Of a stretch of DNA of 64,000 nucleotides, positions 11,504 to 20,761 are shown piece after piece (within the stretch, counting starts at the first letter, position 1; the number at the start of each line of letters is the position of its first letter). Under the pieces are notes generated by a model. It saw nothing but the letters and a program-made list of their open reading frames with translations, had not been told where the DNA came from and made no database searches. This DNA is from Tequatrovirus NIC06P2. The stretch is from the sequence record OZ035760.1, one strand, 5' to 3'. The translations under genes and the position numbers were made by a program.

Positions 11504-13768
11504 TCATAATTTACAGGATGAACAATCTTCAGCTTTTGGAGTTTCTATTTCATAATCATCAGTACCAGAACCATCGCGGGTATTATGATAATAGAAATTT
11601 TTTCCGCCAAAATACCAGAAATACAAAAGGTCATCAATCATTATTGACATTGGAACCTTTCCTTTTGGAAAAATCTGCGGGTCATAGTATGTATTCGCTG
11701 AAGCTGATTGACATACCCATTTCAGCATAATAGCTACCTGCGTAAGATAAGGTTTATTACCTTTCTTAGCTAATTTCCACGTATAATCATAGAGGTCTAT
11801 GTTATGTTCAATATTGGGCACGACTTGATTAAAGGAACCCTCTTTTGATTCTTTAACAGAGACTGGTCCACGTGGAGGCTCGATACCGTTTGTACTGTTA
11901 GAAACTTGGGAAGATGACTCACATGGCATAAGTGCTGATAATGTGCTATTACGGATGCCAAAGAGCTTAAGGTCTTCCCGCAACGCCGACCAGTCACAAA
12001 CGTATTTTGGAGCTGCGATTTGGTCAATCTTTTTATTGTACCAGTCGATAGGTAATTCGCCTCGAGACCAACGAGTGTCTGAATAATATTCGCAAGGTCC
12101 TTTTTCTTTGGCGAGCTTAATGGATGCTTTAATGAGTCCATACTGTAATCTCTCAAATAGTTCATGTGTTAAATCGTTAGCATCTTCATAAGAAGCAAAG
12201 TTACTTGCTAGCCAAGCTGCATAGTTGGTAACACCTACACCGAGGTTACGACGCTTTTTAGCTTTTTCTGCTTCAGGAACTGGATATCCTTGGTAATCCA
12301 ACAGATTATCAAGAGCACGAACTTGAACTTCTGCCAATTCATTAATTTTATCTTGGTCTTGCCAGTCAAAATTATCTAATACGAATGCAGAAAGAGTACA
12401 CAATCCAATTTCAGCATCAGGGCTATTCACATCATTTGTTGGAATAGCAATTTCACAACACAAGTTACTCTGACGAATAGGTGCCTTTTCACGAATAAAC
12501 GGAGTATAGTTATTCGTATTATCAATGAACTGTACATAAATCCTTGCTGTTCCTGATCGTTCAGTCATGAGCAATTCAAATAGTTCACGAGCTTTAATAC
12601 GCTTTTTACGAATATTAGGGTCTTTTTCTGCTGCTTCGTATAATTCACGGAAACGGTCTTGGTCTTTAAAATAAGAATAATAAAGCTCTCCACCCATTTC
12701 ATGTGGACTGAACAAAGTAATGTAATCGTTCTTTCCGAATCGTTCCATCATCAAATCATTCAGCTGAACACCATAATCCATATGACGAATGCGGTTTTCT
12801 TCTACGCCTTTGTTATTTTTCAAAACGAGAAGATTTTCAACTTCCAAATGCCAAATAGGATAATAAGCAGTAGCAGCGCCGCCACGAATTCCACCCTGTG
12901 AGCATGATTTAACAGCAGTCTGAAAATGTTTCCAAAAAGGAATAACACCAGTATGGCGTACTTCACCCATGCCAATCTTAGAACCTTCGGCACGAATCAT
13001 ACCAACGTTAATACCAATTCCAGCGCGTTTAGAGATATATTCAACAATTGAAGCGGAAGCCTTATTGATAGACTTCAATGAATCTCCTGCCTCAATAACA
13101 ACACATGAACTAAACTGCCGAGTCGGAGTACGGCAACCAGCCATAATAGGAGTTGGCAATGAAATCTGTCGAGTAGATACTGCTTCATAAAAACGAATAA
13201 CATGTTTTAATCTATCAACAGGTTCATCTTGATGCAATGCCATTCCAATAGTCATAAATGCAAACTGTGGAGTTTCATAAATTTGACCAGTGGTTTTATC
13301 TTTAACTAGATATTTTTCTTTTAATTGCATCGCCCCGGAATAAGTAAATTCCATATCCCGCTCGTGCTTAATTTTTGATTCTAAAAATGTAATTTCTTCT
13401 GCTGAATATTTTGACAATAATTCAGGGTCGTATTTACCTTCATTTACACAGTAAGAAATATGGTCAATAAATGAACGTGGTTCATACTGCCCATAAACAT
13501 GCTTACGAAGAGCAAACATTAAACAACGTGCAGCTACATATTGATAATCAGGCTCTTCAACCGAAATAGAATTCGCAGCGGCCTTAATGACAATAGTCTG
13601 AATATCATCAGTTGTCATTCCATCACGGAGATAAGATTTAATATTTTCATATAATTCATAAGGATCTACTGATGTTCCTTCAGCTGCCCAAGATAAAACT
13701 TTAATAATTTTTTGTGGGTCAAAGCTCTGAGAAACACCACTACTTTTGATAACATTAATTAATTGCAT
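11504..13768 (-). CDS. nrdA: ribonucleotide reductase large subunit (754 aa)
   Basis: Class Ia RNR alpha signatures (ATP cone, active-site Cys region NLCCEI, C-terminal CxxC...CSSC); T4 NrdA length. Confidence 0.95.
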   Translation of the reverse strand: MQLINVIKSSGVSQSFDPQKIIKVLSWAAEGTSVDPYELYENIKSYLRDGMTTDDIQTIVIKAAANSISVEEPDYQYVAARCLMFALRKHVYGQYEPRSFIDHISYCVNEGKYDPELLSKYSAEEITFLESKIKHERDMEFTYSGAMQLKEKYLVKDKTTGQIYETPQFAFMTIGMALHQDEPVDRLKHVIRFYEAVSTRQISLPTPIMAGCRTPTRQFSSCVVIEAGDSLKSINKASASIVEYISKRAGIGINVGMIRAEGSKIGMGEVRHTGVIPFWKHFQTAVKSCSQGGIRGGAATAYYPIWHLEVENLLVLKNNKGVEENRIRHMDYGVQLNDLMMERFGKNDYITLFSPHEMGGELYYSYFKDQDRFRELYEAAEKDPNIRKKRIKARELFELLMTERSGTARIYVQFIDNTNNYTPFIREKAPIRQSNLCCEIAIPTNDVNSPDAEIGLCTLSAFVLDNFDWQDQDKINELAEVQVRALDNLLDYQGYPVPEAEKAKKRRNLGVGVTNYAAWLASNFASYEDANDLTHELFERLQYGLIKASIKLAKEKGPCEYYSDTRWSRGELPIDWYNKKIDQIAAPKYVCDWSALREDLKLFGIRNSTLSALMPCESSSQVSNSTNGIEPPRGPVSVKESKEGSFNQVVPNIEHNIDLYDYTWKLAKKGNKPYLTQVAIMLKWVCQSASANTYYDPQIFPKGKVPMSIMIDDLLYFWYFGGKNFYYHNTRDGSGTDDYEIETPKAEDCSSCKL

Positions 13769-14085
13769 AAGTCCTCAACTTGAAAATCGTCTTTAAACAA
13801 TCGGTTAACTATATGAGCTATTATATCACCATGACACGGCTTTGGTTTACATGTGCATCCTAGCCTCATTCCACGTAAAGGCTCTAAATGTGCTTTAGTT
13901 ATTTCTCCGGATTTAATTCGACGTATAAAATCTTTTTTGAATAATTCAATGGCAGCCTCCCGGCTGCCAGCATCTTTACCGACGTAATTTCCCCAAAATG
14001 TACCGCGGTGAATATTAACATCAAAGTCGGATTTGTATTTATTCACTACCCGGCATAGACGGCCCACGCTGGAATAATTCGTCAT
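13759..14085 (-). CDS. hypothetical protein (nrdA.1 position, 108 aa)
   Basis: Complete ORF overlapping the nrdA start. Confidence 0.5.
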
Positions 14086-14302
14086 ATTGTTTTTCCGTTA
14101 ATACAGTAATATCGTAGTAACAGTCAGAAGAAGTTTTAACTGTGGAAATTTTATTGTCAAAATATTCACGAGTCATTTTATGAGTATAGTATTTTTTACC
14201 ATAAATGGTAATAGGCTGTTCTGGTCCTGGAACTTCTAACTCGCTTGGGTTAGGAAGTGTAAAAAGAACTACACCAGAAGTATCTTTAAATCGTAAAATC
14301 AT
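14039..14302 (-). CDS. hypothetical protein (nrdA.2 position, 87 aa)
   Basis: Complete ORF coupled to the td stop. Confidence 0.5.
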
Positions 14303-15159
14303 ATTGCCATTTTCCCTTTAATTGCTGGATGCGATTCATAATTTTCAAGGATAAAATCTTTCGGTTTCATGTATTCAGTTAACCAGTAAAGCTGTGTTTC
14401 GGTGTCACAATTTCCAAACTCTATAGGCCAGTCAATTTTAAGTTCGCACAGTTCTTTAGGCTCACGACGTAAAATTTCTTTACATTGCTCAGTATGATTC
14501 ATATAGATGTGAGTATTACCACCAGAAAATATCAAATCTCCTGGGATAAGATTACACATCTTAGCCACAATATGCGTCAAGGCAGCGTACGAGGCAATGT
14601 TGAATGGCAAGCCCAAGAAAACATCTACACTTCTTTGGTACCATTGTAAATCAAGATAACCATTACGCACATTAAACTGATAGAACATATGACAGGGCGG
14701 TAATGCCATTTGATTGATTTCAGCTGGATTCCATGCTGAAACGATTTGACGTCGATCAGTTGGTAATTTTTTAATACGATCAATAGTTTCAACTAATTGA
14801 TCCACACCACCGAAATCACGCCATTGTTTACCGTATATAGGACCAAGTTCACCACTATGATATCCTAGGTCTTTAGCCTGGTTTTCATAGTTATCGTCCC
14901 AAATAGTTTTACCTTGAATAAGACTACCATGAGTGCGAAGACGTAAATCATTAACATTGGTAGAACCGGAAATAAACCATAGAAGCTCAGCAATGCATGC
15001 ATTCCAGGCGAGCTTTTTAGTTGTTACTGCAGGAAAACCTTTGGTTAAATCCCAACGCAATTTAGTACCGAACAAAGCAATTGTTCCTGTGCCCGTTCGA
15101 TCATCGGTTTCATAGCCATTTTCAAAAATGTCTTTAATTAAATCTTGGTATTGTTTCAT
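14299..15159 (-). CDS. td: thymidylate synthase, uninterrupted (286 aa)
   Basis: Full-length TS with catalytic region PPCHMFYQF in a single ORF; no intron. Confidence 0.95.
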
Positions 15160-15203
15160 TTAGTACCTTATATAAATTATAATACATTTTATGAAGCTAA
15201 TAA
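15160..15203 (-). promoter_or_regulatory. candidate middle promoter (MotA-box-like GCTTCA about 12 nt upstream of TATAAT)
   Basis: Reverse complement reads ...tagcttcataaaatgtatTATAATtta... immediately upstream of the td start. Confidence 0.3.
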
Positions 15204-15551
15204 TTAATACGGTTTAGCATCAAATTTTCTCTCAATTTCAGGCGTGAAATATAATTCTTTACCGCGTTTGGAAAAACGACCAATAATATGATAATTATTC
15301 TCATCAAACGTGATATTACCAATATCCATAGCTTTCAACCAAATATCGATATTTCTATCCAGCTTTATGTCAAAATTCCAATACGGAGAACTATTACCGA
15401 AAATACTGCAAGCGGATTCAGTGAAACAACTGCTATAAATCTTGTCTTTAGGAACTACTAATTGATAGACGCCTTTAATAAACTGAGGACCCTGCCATTT
15501 TGGTTGTTTCGCGTCTTTTTCTAATAGAATAGGGTAATAATTAAAATTCAT
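15204..15551 (-). CDS. hypothetical protein inserted between frd and td (115 aa)
   Basis: Complete ORF occupying a 411-bp spacer between frd stop and td start. Confidence 0.5.
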   Translation of the reverse strand: MNFNYYPILLEKDAKQPKWQGPQFIKGVYQLVVPKDKIYSSCFTESACSIFGNSSPYWNFDIKLDRNIDIWLKAMDIGNITFDENNYHIIGRFSKRGKELYFTPEIERKFDAKPY

Positions 15552-15570
15552 ATTTCCGCCACGCGTTATT

Positions 15571-16397
<827 letters not shown>

Positions 16398-16407
16398 ATT
16401 ATTTTCC

Positions 16408-16650
16408 TTAAACAGACTTTTTCACAATTTTCCAATCAGCTTTAAACTGTTCAACGTCAGAATGGTAAATCCAGAATCCTGCGCTTTCTCCATCCTCATA
16501 AAGAGGGCATCCATCACATTCACCTTCCCATCCCATACCACGTAAAAGATGTTCAGCTTTTTCAACAAGTTCAGAATCTTTACCGATGATATTAAAATAC
16601 CATTTACCTCTAACTTCTGAATCTTTGATGCTTTGGCGTTGTAATCTCAT
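16408..16650 (-). CDS. hypothetical protein (80 aa)
   Basis: Complete ORF with early promoter/leader upstream. Confidence 0.5.
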   Translation of the reverse strand: MRLQRQSIKDSEVRGKWYFNIIGKDSELVEKAEHLLRGMGWEGECDGCPLYEDGESAGFWIYHSDVEQFKADWKIVKKSV

Positions 16651-16705
16651 TTTATTCTCCTTAGTTGATAGGGTAATAGTATCACACTACTACCCTGATG
16701 TAAAC
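16651..16705 (-). promoter_or_regulatory. early promoter and leader (GTTTAC...ATACTATTACCCTATCAACTAAGGAG)
   Basis: Conserved promoter/leader cassette repeated at other loci in this window. Confidence 0.5.
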
Positions 16706-17070
16706 TACTTTTTGAAAGTTTTTCGCAAAAGTTCAATGATTTCGTCTACATTGTTTTCATCTACAATGCAGTGAATTTTTGTTACGCCATAAACCTGGTC
16801 TTTGACTTCATCTTCTTCAGAAGTCGGTTCTTTATACTCACGAAAACAATGAAATTCGTCTTCACAAACGTTAAAGTAAAAATGCTTTCCATTTGCACAT
16901 TCAATGTGTTTTATTGCTCTAAATCCATCAGCAAAGAAAGCTTCTTTAACTTCAAACCACCCGCCATTTTCTTCAATAATTTTAACTATTGATGAATTAG
17001 AACGTGGGCGATAATTAATAAATGTATCAATAAGTCTTGGAACAAGTTCATACTTTTTGCCAATATACAT
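16705..17070 (-). CDS. hypothetical protein (121 aa)
   Basis: Complete ORF. Confidence 0.5.
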   Translation of the reverse strand: MYIGKKYELVPRLIDTFINYRPRSNSSIVKIIEENGGWFEVKEAFFADGFRAIKHIECANGKHFYFNVCEDEFHCFREYKEPTSEEDEVKDQVYGVTKIHCIVDENNVDEIIELLRKTFKK

Positions 17071-17113
17071 TACGTTTTCCTCATTTTAACGGGCTATAAT
17101 AGCCTCTTGATAA

Positions 17114-17341
17114 TTATTGTTCAATCAGTCCCATGTAAAATTCTGCGTCTTCAGAATCCATGCCATCACAATATTCATTAGCCATAAAGCGGGTGAGGTC
17201 TTCAAGAGGACCTTCAATAACGATTTGAATACTCCAATACTTAGAATCTTGCACGCTTGTGATACTAAGTTCAGGATAACGATTACGAATAATCTCTTCA
17301 ATATATTCAAAATCAACGATGTCAATATCAACTTTAGCCAT
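17114..17341 (-). CDS. hypothetical acidic protein (75 aa)
   Basis: Complete ORF downstream of the gene 32 terminator and an early promoter. Confidence 0.5.
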   Translation of the reverse strand: MAKVDIDIVDFEYIEEIIRNRYPELSITSVQDSKYWSIQIVIEGPLEDLTRFMANEYCDGMDSEDAEFYMGLIEQ

Positions 17342-17415
17342 ATTATTTTTCCCCTTTAATTATCAGCAGTATTGCCGATAGTTGTATAGTACCATGGAAG
17401 GACAAGGATGTAAAC
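17342..17415 (-). promoter_or_regulatory. early promoter and leader (GTTTAC ... GGTACTATACAACTATCGGCAAT)
   Basis: GTTTAC -35 with downstream conserved leader; follows the gene 32 terminator. Confidence 0.5.
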
Positions 17416-17440
17416 CGTTTTGTGAAAAAATTTTTGAAAT

Positions 17441-17465
17441 AAAAAAGGGGACCTCTAGGGTCCCC
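17441..17465 (-). terminator. intrinsic terminator downstream of gene 32
   Basis: ggggacc-ctag-aggtcccc stem-loop followed by T6 on the minus strand directly after the gene 32 stop. Confidence 0.8.
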
Positions 17466-17487
17466 AATTAATTAGTAATATAATCTA

Positions 17488-18396
17488 TTAAAGGTCATTC
17501 AAAAGGTCATCTAGGTCCGTGTCATCAGCACTAGATGAACTGCCAGAGCTTGAGCTCATAAAATCATCTTCAGTTTTTGTATTGAAGTCATCAACATTGA
17601 ATGCATCCAAATCATCAGCAACTTTATCAGCTTTCTTAGCAGCAGTTGCAGCGGCACCGCCCATCACAGCAGTTCCCATGACTTGACCGAATTTAGTGCT
17701 CAGTTCTTCAAACGATTTGAATTTATCTTTAGAAGTCATTTCAGAAAGGTCAACCATTTGTTCGAACAGTTCTTTCTGGAAAGATTCATCGTCAATGTTT
17801 GGAATCGCAGATTGATTCAGGAATTTAGATTCGTCGTAGTTACTAAATCCAGAAACCTGTTTAACTTTCAGTACAAAGTTAGCACCTTCCCACGGACAAG
17901 TTACATCAACTGGAGTTTCACCCATTTCAACATCAACCGCAATCATCGCGTTGATTTTATCCCAGATTTTCTTACCGAAGCGGTATTTAAATACTTTACC
18001 TTCGTTTTCTGGAGCAGCTGGGTCTTTTACAACAAGAATGTTAGCCCAGTAAGAAGTTTTACGTTTAACAAGACTGTACTCTTTATTGTCAGTGTTGTAC
18101 AGATCATTTTTACTGATGTATTGACATACTGGGCAAGAATCGTAATCACCGTGGGTAGATGAACATGTTTCAATATACCATTTACCATTTTTCTTGAAAC
18201 CGTGATTTACAAGAATTGCGAATGGTGCTTGTTCATCATTTTTAGACGGAAGAAAACGAATTACTGCTTGACCGTTACCCGCATTGTCGAGTTTCAGTTT
18301 CCACTCGCCTTTATCTTCAGAAGAAAAACCACCTTTATTTCCAGCCAGTTTAGCCATTTGTGCAGCGAGTTCAGCAGTAGATTTACGTTTAAACAT
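17488..18396 (-). CDS. 32: single-stranded DNA-binding protein gp32 (302 aa)
   Basis: Matches T4 gp32 including the zinc-binding region (H...[14 protein letters not shown]) and the acidic Ser/Asp-rich C-terminal tail. Confidence 0.95.
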   Translation of the reverse strand: MFKRKSTAELAAQMAKLAGNKGGFSSEDKGEWKLKLDNAGNGQAVIRFLPSKNDEQAPFAILVNHGFKKNGKWYIETCSSTHGDYDSCPVCQYISKNDLYNTDNKEYSLVKRKTSYWANILVVKDPAAPENEGKVFKYRFGKKIWDKINAMIAVDVEMGETPVDVTCPWEGANFVLKVKQVSGFSNYDESKFLNQSAIPNIDDESFQKELFEQMVDLSEMTSKDKFKSFEELSTKFGQVMGTAVMGGAAATAAKKADKVADDLDAFNVDDFNTKTEDDFMSSSSGSSSSADDTDLDDLLNDL

Positions 18397-18456
18397 TTTT
18401 ATTTCCTTTTTAATTTAATTAACAGTTGGTGCTATGACGATGTATGACCTCATAGC
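18397..18456 (-). promoter_or_regulatory. gene 32 translational operator (A/U-rich unstructured leader plus upstream pseudoknot hairpin)
   Basis: Leader reads UUAAUUAAAUUAAAAAGGAAAUAAAA-AUG, preceded by stem gcuauga...ucauagc; this is the known gp32 autoregulatory architecture. Confidence 0.65.
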
Positions 18457-18495
18457 TGGTCAGTGAGATAATTATAATCTATTTATAACAAGCAA

Positions 18496-19149
18496 TTAAT
18501 ACTTACAAGATTTCACAGTTTCAATGAAAACATTTTTAGCTTTCTGTGAATCAATATTTAAAATTTTTCTATAAGCCTTTAACTTTATAGAATAATTATT
18601 CCAGACTAAATTATCAGTCTGATCATCATGTTTATCAATTATATTTAAAAACGAATCAAGCAAGATAAACGTCTCAAACGAAATTATGTTCGATTGTAGA
18701 AGTTTAAAAATATAACTTGATTGAACTTTTGGATTATACTCAAAGATTTCTTTAAAAGCAGAAACTTCAACTTTTTTACTAAAATAATAAATGTTGCGAA
18801 TATCTTCTTCAAACTTAAATTTAATTTGCTTTAAGCGTCCGATATATTCACGATAAAACACAAGTGCATCAGCGTCAGAGATGTCACCAATCCAAGCATC
18901 TTGGTTAGCAACCAAATTACTTATAAAGATTAAAGCAAGTTCCTTTAATTTATATTTTTCTGATAACTTCTGGAAAAAATACTTATCCCTTCGCTTTTGA
19001 TAAGCGGCATCAGACACCCGCATGCACCAATTATACTTAATTACATCATACTTTCCATTCATATGCTGTTTTATCATTAAGTATAATTTATAAACTGATT
19101 TACCATCAATGTATCTTTCACCACCAGCAGGCATGCGGAGTTTAATCAT
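18496..19149 (-). CDS. 59: gp59 helicase loader (217 aa)
   Basis: Matches T4 gp59 length and sequence; synteny 32-59-33. Confidence 0.9.
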   Translation of the reverse strand: MIKLRMPAGGERYIDGKSVYKLYLMIKQHMNGKYDVIKYNWCMRVSDAAYQKRRDKYFFQKLSEKYKLKELALIFISNLVANQDAWIGDISDADALVFYREYIGRLKQIKFKFEEDIRNIYYFSKKVEVSAFKEIFEYNPKVQSSYIFKLLQSNIISFETFILLDSFLNIIDKHDDQTDNLVWNNYSIKLKAYRKILNIDSQKAKNVFIETVKSCKY

Positions 19150-19484
19150 AGTAGAAAATCTAATGTATTAGTTTTTTCACAACGAACAACAGAAGGACGT
19201 AAAAGATTTTCGTCGATAGCTTCTGACTGAATTTTTTCAATTATACCCGAAGGAATAAATTTAGCAAATTGAGTTTCAGGAATAGAGTTTTCTTCCAAGA
19301 ATGCTGTCGTAGCTTCAAGATAACTCATTCCAAACTCTTCTACCATTTTTTCAATAATAAATCCATTTTCTTGACGATCAAGAAGCTTTGCTATTTCATC
19401 CTTTTCTTTCTTAATTGAAAGTTCTTTTTCTGAAAGACCGGTCTCATCGACCGGACGAATATCATTTAGAGAAAACTGTGTCAT
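19146..19484 (-). CDS. 33: gp33 late transcription co-activator (112 aa from MTQFSL)
   Basis: Matches T4 gp33; track ORF has 3 extra N-terminal codons. Confidence 0.85.
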   Translation of the reverse strand: MTQFSLNDIRPVDETGLSEKELSIKKEKDEIAKLLDRQENGFIIEKMVEEFGMSYLEATTAFLEENSIPETQFAKFIPSGIIEKIQSEAIDENLLRPSVVRCEKTNTLDFLL

Positions 19485-19731
19485 AAAGTTCAACTACCTC
19501 TTCAGTTTCAGCTTCAAACACATCACGGTTATCTTTATGATACAAAGCTAATAGACGATTAAACATCTTACCATCAACGCCAAGTTCATCTTTGGCACGA
19601 ATTCGAATATCTTTAATCAGTTCATTATAACCGGAAATTTTCAGTTTATGATCAGATGCTTCTTTAATAAATTTAGCCAAGTCTTCGCCATGGATAGCTT
19701 CATCAAATTCAACCATTTCTTTTTTAGCCAT
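19462..19731 (-). CDS. dsbA: DsbA double-stranded DNA-binding protein (89 aa)
   Basis: Size and position between rnh and 33 as in T4. Confidence 0.8.
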   Translation of the reverse strand: MAKKEMVEFDEAIHGEDLAKFIKEASDHKLKISGYNELIKDIRIRAKDELGVDGKMFNRLLALYHKDNRDVFEAETEEVVELYDTVFSK

Positions 19732-19739
19732 TATTCACC

Positions 19740-20657
19740 TCAAAATTCATTAATGCTATTAGTTAATTTAGAAAGACCCGCTTTTACAAAATATGAATAA
19801 ATTTTGCCACGCGGTGGTAATTTATATGAATTATAGTAATTCACAATGTTTGAAGCAATATTATCAGGAATATAATCAAAATCAATTAGAACTAGATTTT
19901 CTTTATAACGATTATATTCAGATTCTGTGAGAAGCACCTTAGCTTGCTCACGGTCATTAGCAATAGCTTCAACGATTGAAGTTTTCATTGAAGGAGTTCG
20001 TTCACCTTCAACTCTGGTAAACCAAAAGTCAGATCGTACTTTAACTGAAGCAACGTTATCCTTTTTGTCGCCTTTAAGGATTTTAGTCATACAGTCAATT
20101 TCAGCAGAACCGCTTTTAATTTTAACCCATTTCTTGTGCATCGGTGACCATTGCTTAACATTTGGGTATTTGTGAAGTTGAGTAAAGTCACCATCCGATG
20201 AAATGATTAAAATCTTGTGTCCTTCTAAAGAGAACTTTTTAACAAGAACAGCAATGTGGTCATCTGCTTCATACTTATCAATATCCATAACAATGTATGG
20301 CATATAAGCTTTCAATTCATCTATAACTTTATGGCTGGATTCAAAATAACCTTCCCAGTCCCAAGTCGATTCTTCTCGTGCTTTTCCACGGTTTTTCTTA
20401 TAATAATACGCGAAATCACGACGCCAATATCCAGATTTCGCGTTATCAATACACAGTACAATTTTAGTGTATCCAAGAGTTTTTGCTTTTTTGACATTAA
20501 ACTTAATTGAGTTCAATATCAAATGACGAACCATTGATAAATTAATTTTTTCTTTATCTGGAAAGTTTACCAAAGCAGTTGAAAGCGCAATTTGACTAAA
20601 GTCAATTAAGCAGATTCCTTCTTTGTAATCTTCATCCAGCATCATTTCTAAATCCAT
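19740..20657 (-). CDS. rnh: RNase H / 5'-3' exonuclease, FEN-like (305 aa from MDLEMM)
   Basis: FEN-family acidic active-site residues; T4 Rnh length; synteny. Confidence 0.9.
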   Translation of the reverse strand: MDLEMMLDEDYKEGICLIDFSQIALSTALVNFPDKEKINLSMVRHLILNSIKFNVKKAKTLGYTKIVLCIDNAKSGYWRRDFAYYYKKNRGKAREESTWDWEGYFESSHKVIDELKAYMPYIVMDIDKYEADDHIAVLVKKFSLEGHKILIISSDGDFTQLHKYPNVKQWSPMHKKWVKIKSGSAEIDCMTKILKGDKKDNVASVKVRSDFWFTRVEGERTPSMKTSIVEAIANDREQAKVLLTESEYNRYKENLVLIDFDYIPDNIASNIVNYYNSYKLPPRGKIYSYFVKAGLSKLTNSINEF

Positions 20658-20672
20658 ATGAACCTCGTTCAA

Positions 20673-20716
20673 TTAGTGAGATTTCTATTATATACCATCC
20701 AAATCTTAAAGTAAAC
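20673..20716 (-). promoter_or_regulatory. candidate early promoter for rnh (GTTTAC -35, TATAATA -10)
   Basis: Reverse complement GTTTAC...TATATAATAG upstream of rnh; divergent from the gene 34 late promoter. Confidence 0.45.
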
Positions 20717-20719
20717 AAG

Positions 20720-20727
20720 TATAAATA
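20720..20727 (+). promoter_or_regulatory. late promoter TATAAATA upstream of gene 34
   Basis: Exact TATAAATA about 35 nt upstream of the gene 34 ATG, with AGGAG Shine-Dalgarno. Confidence 0.75.
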
Positions 20728-20761
20728 CTTATTATTGAAAACACAATAGGAGCCCGGGAGA

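Noticed and set aside
14299-15159. Expected group I intron and I-TevI in td, by analogy with T4
   Set aside because: td is a single uninterrupted 286-aa ORF with all conserved TS segments; no intron is present.
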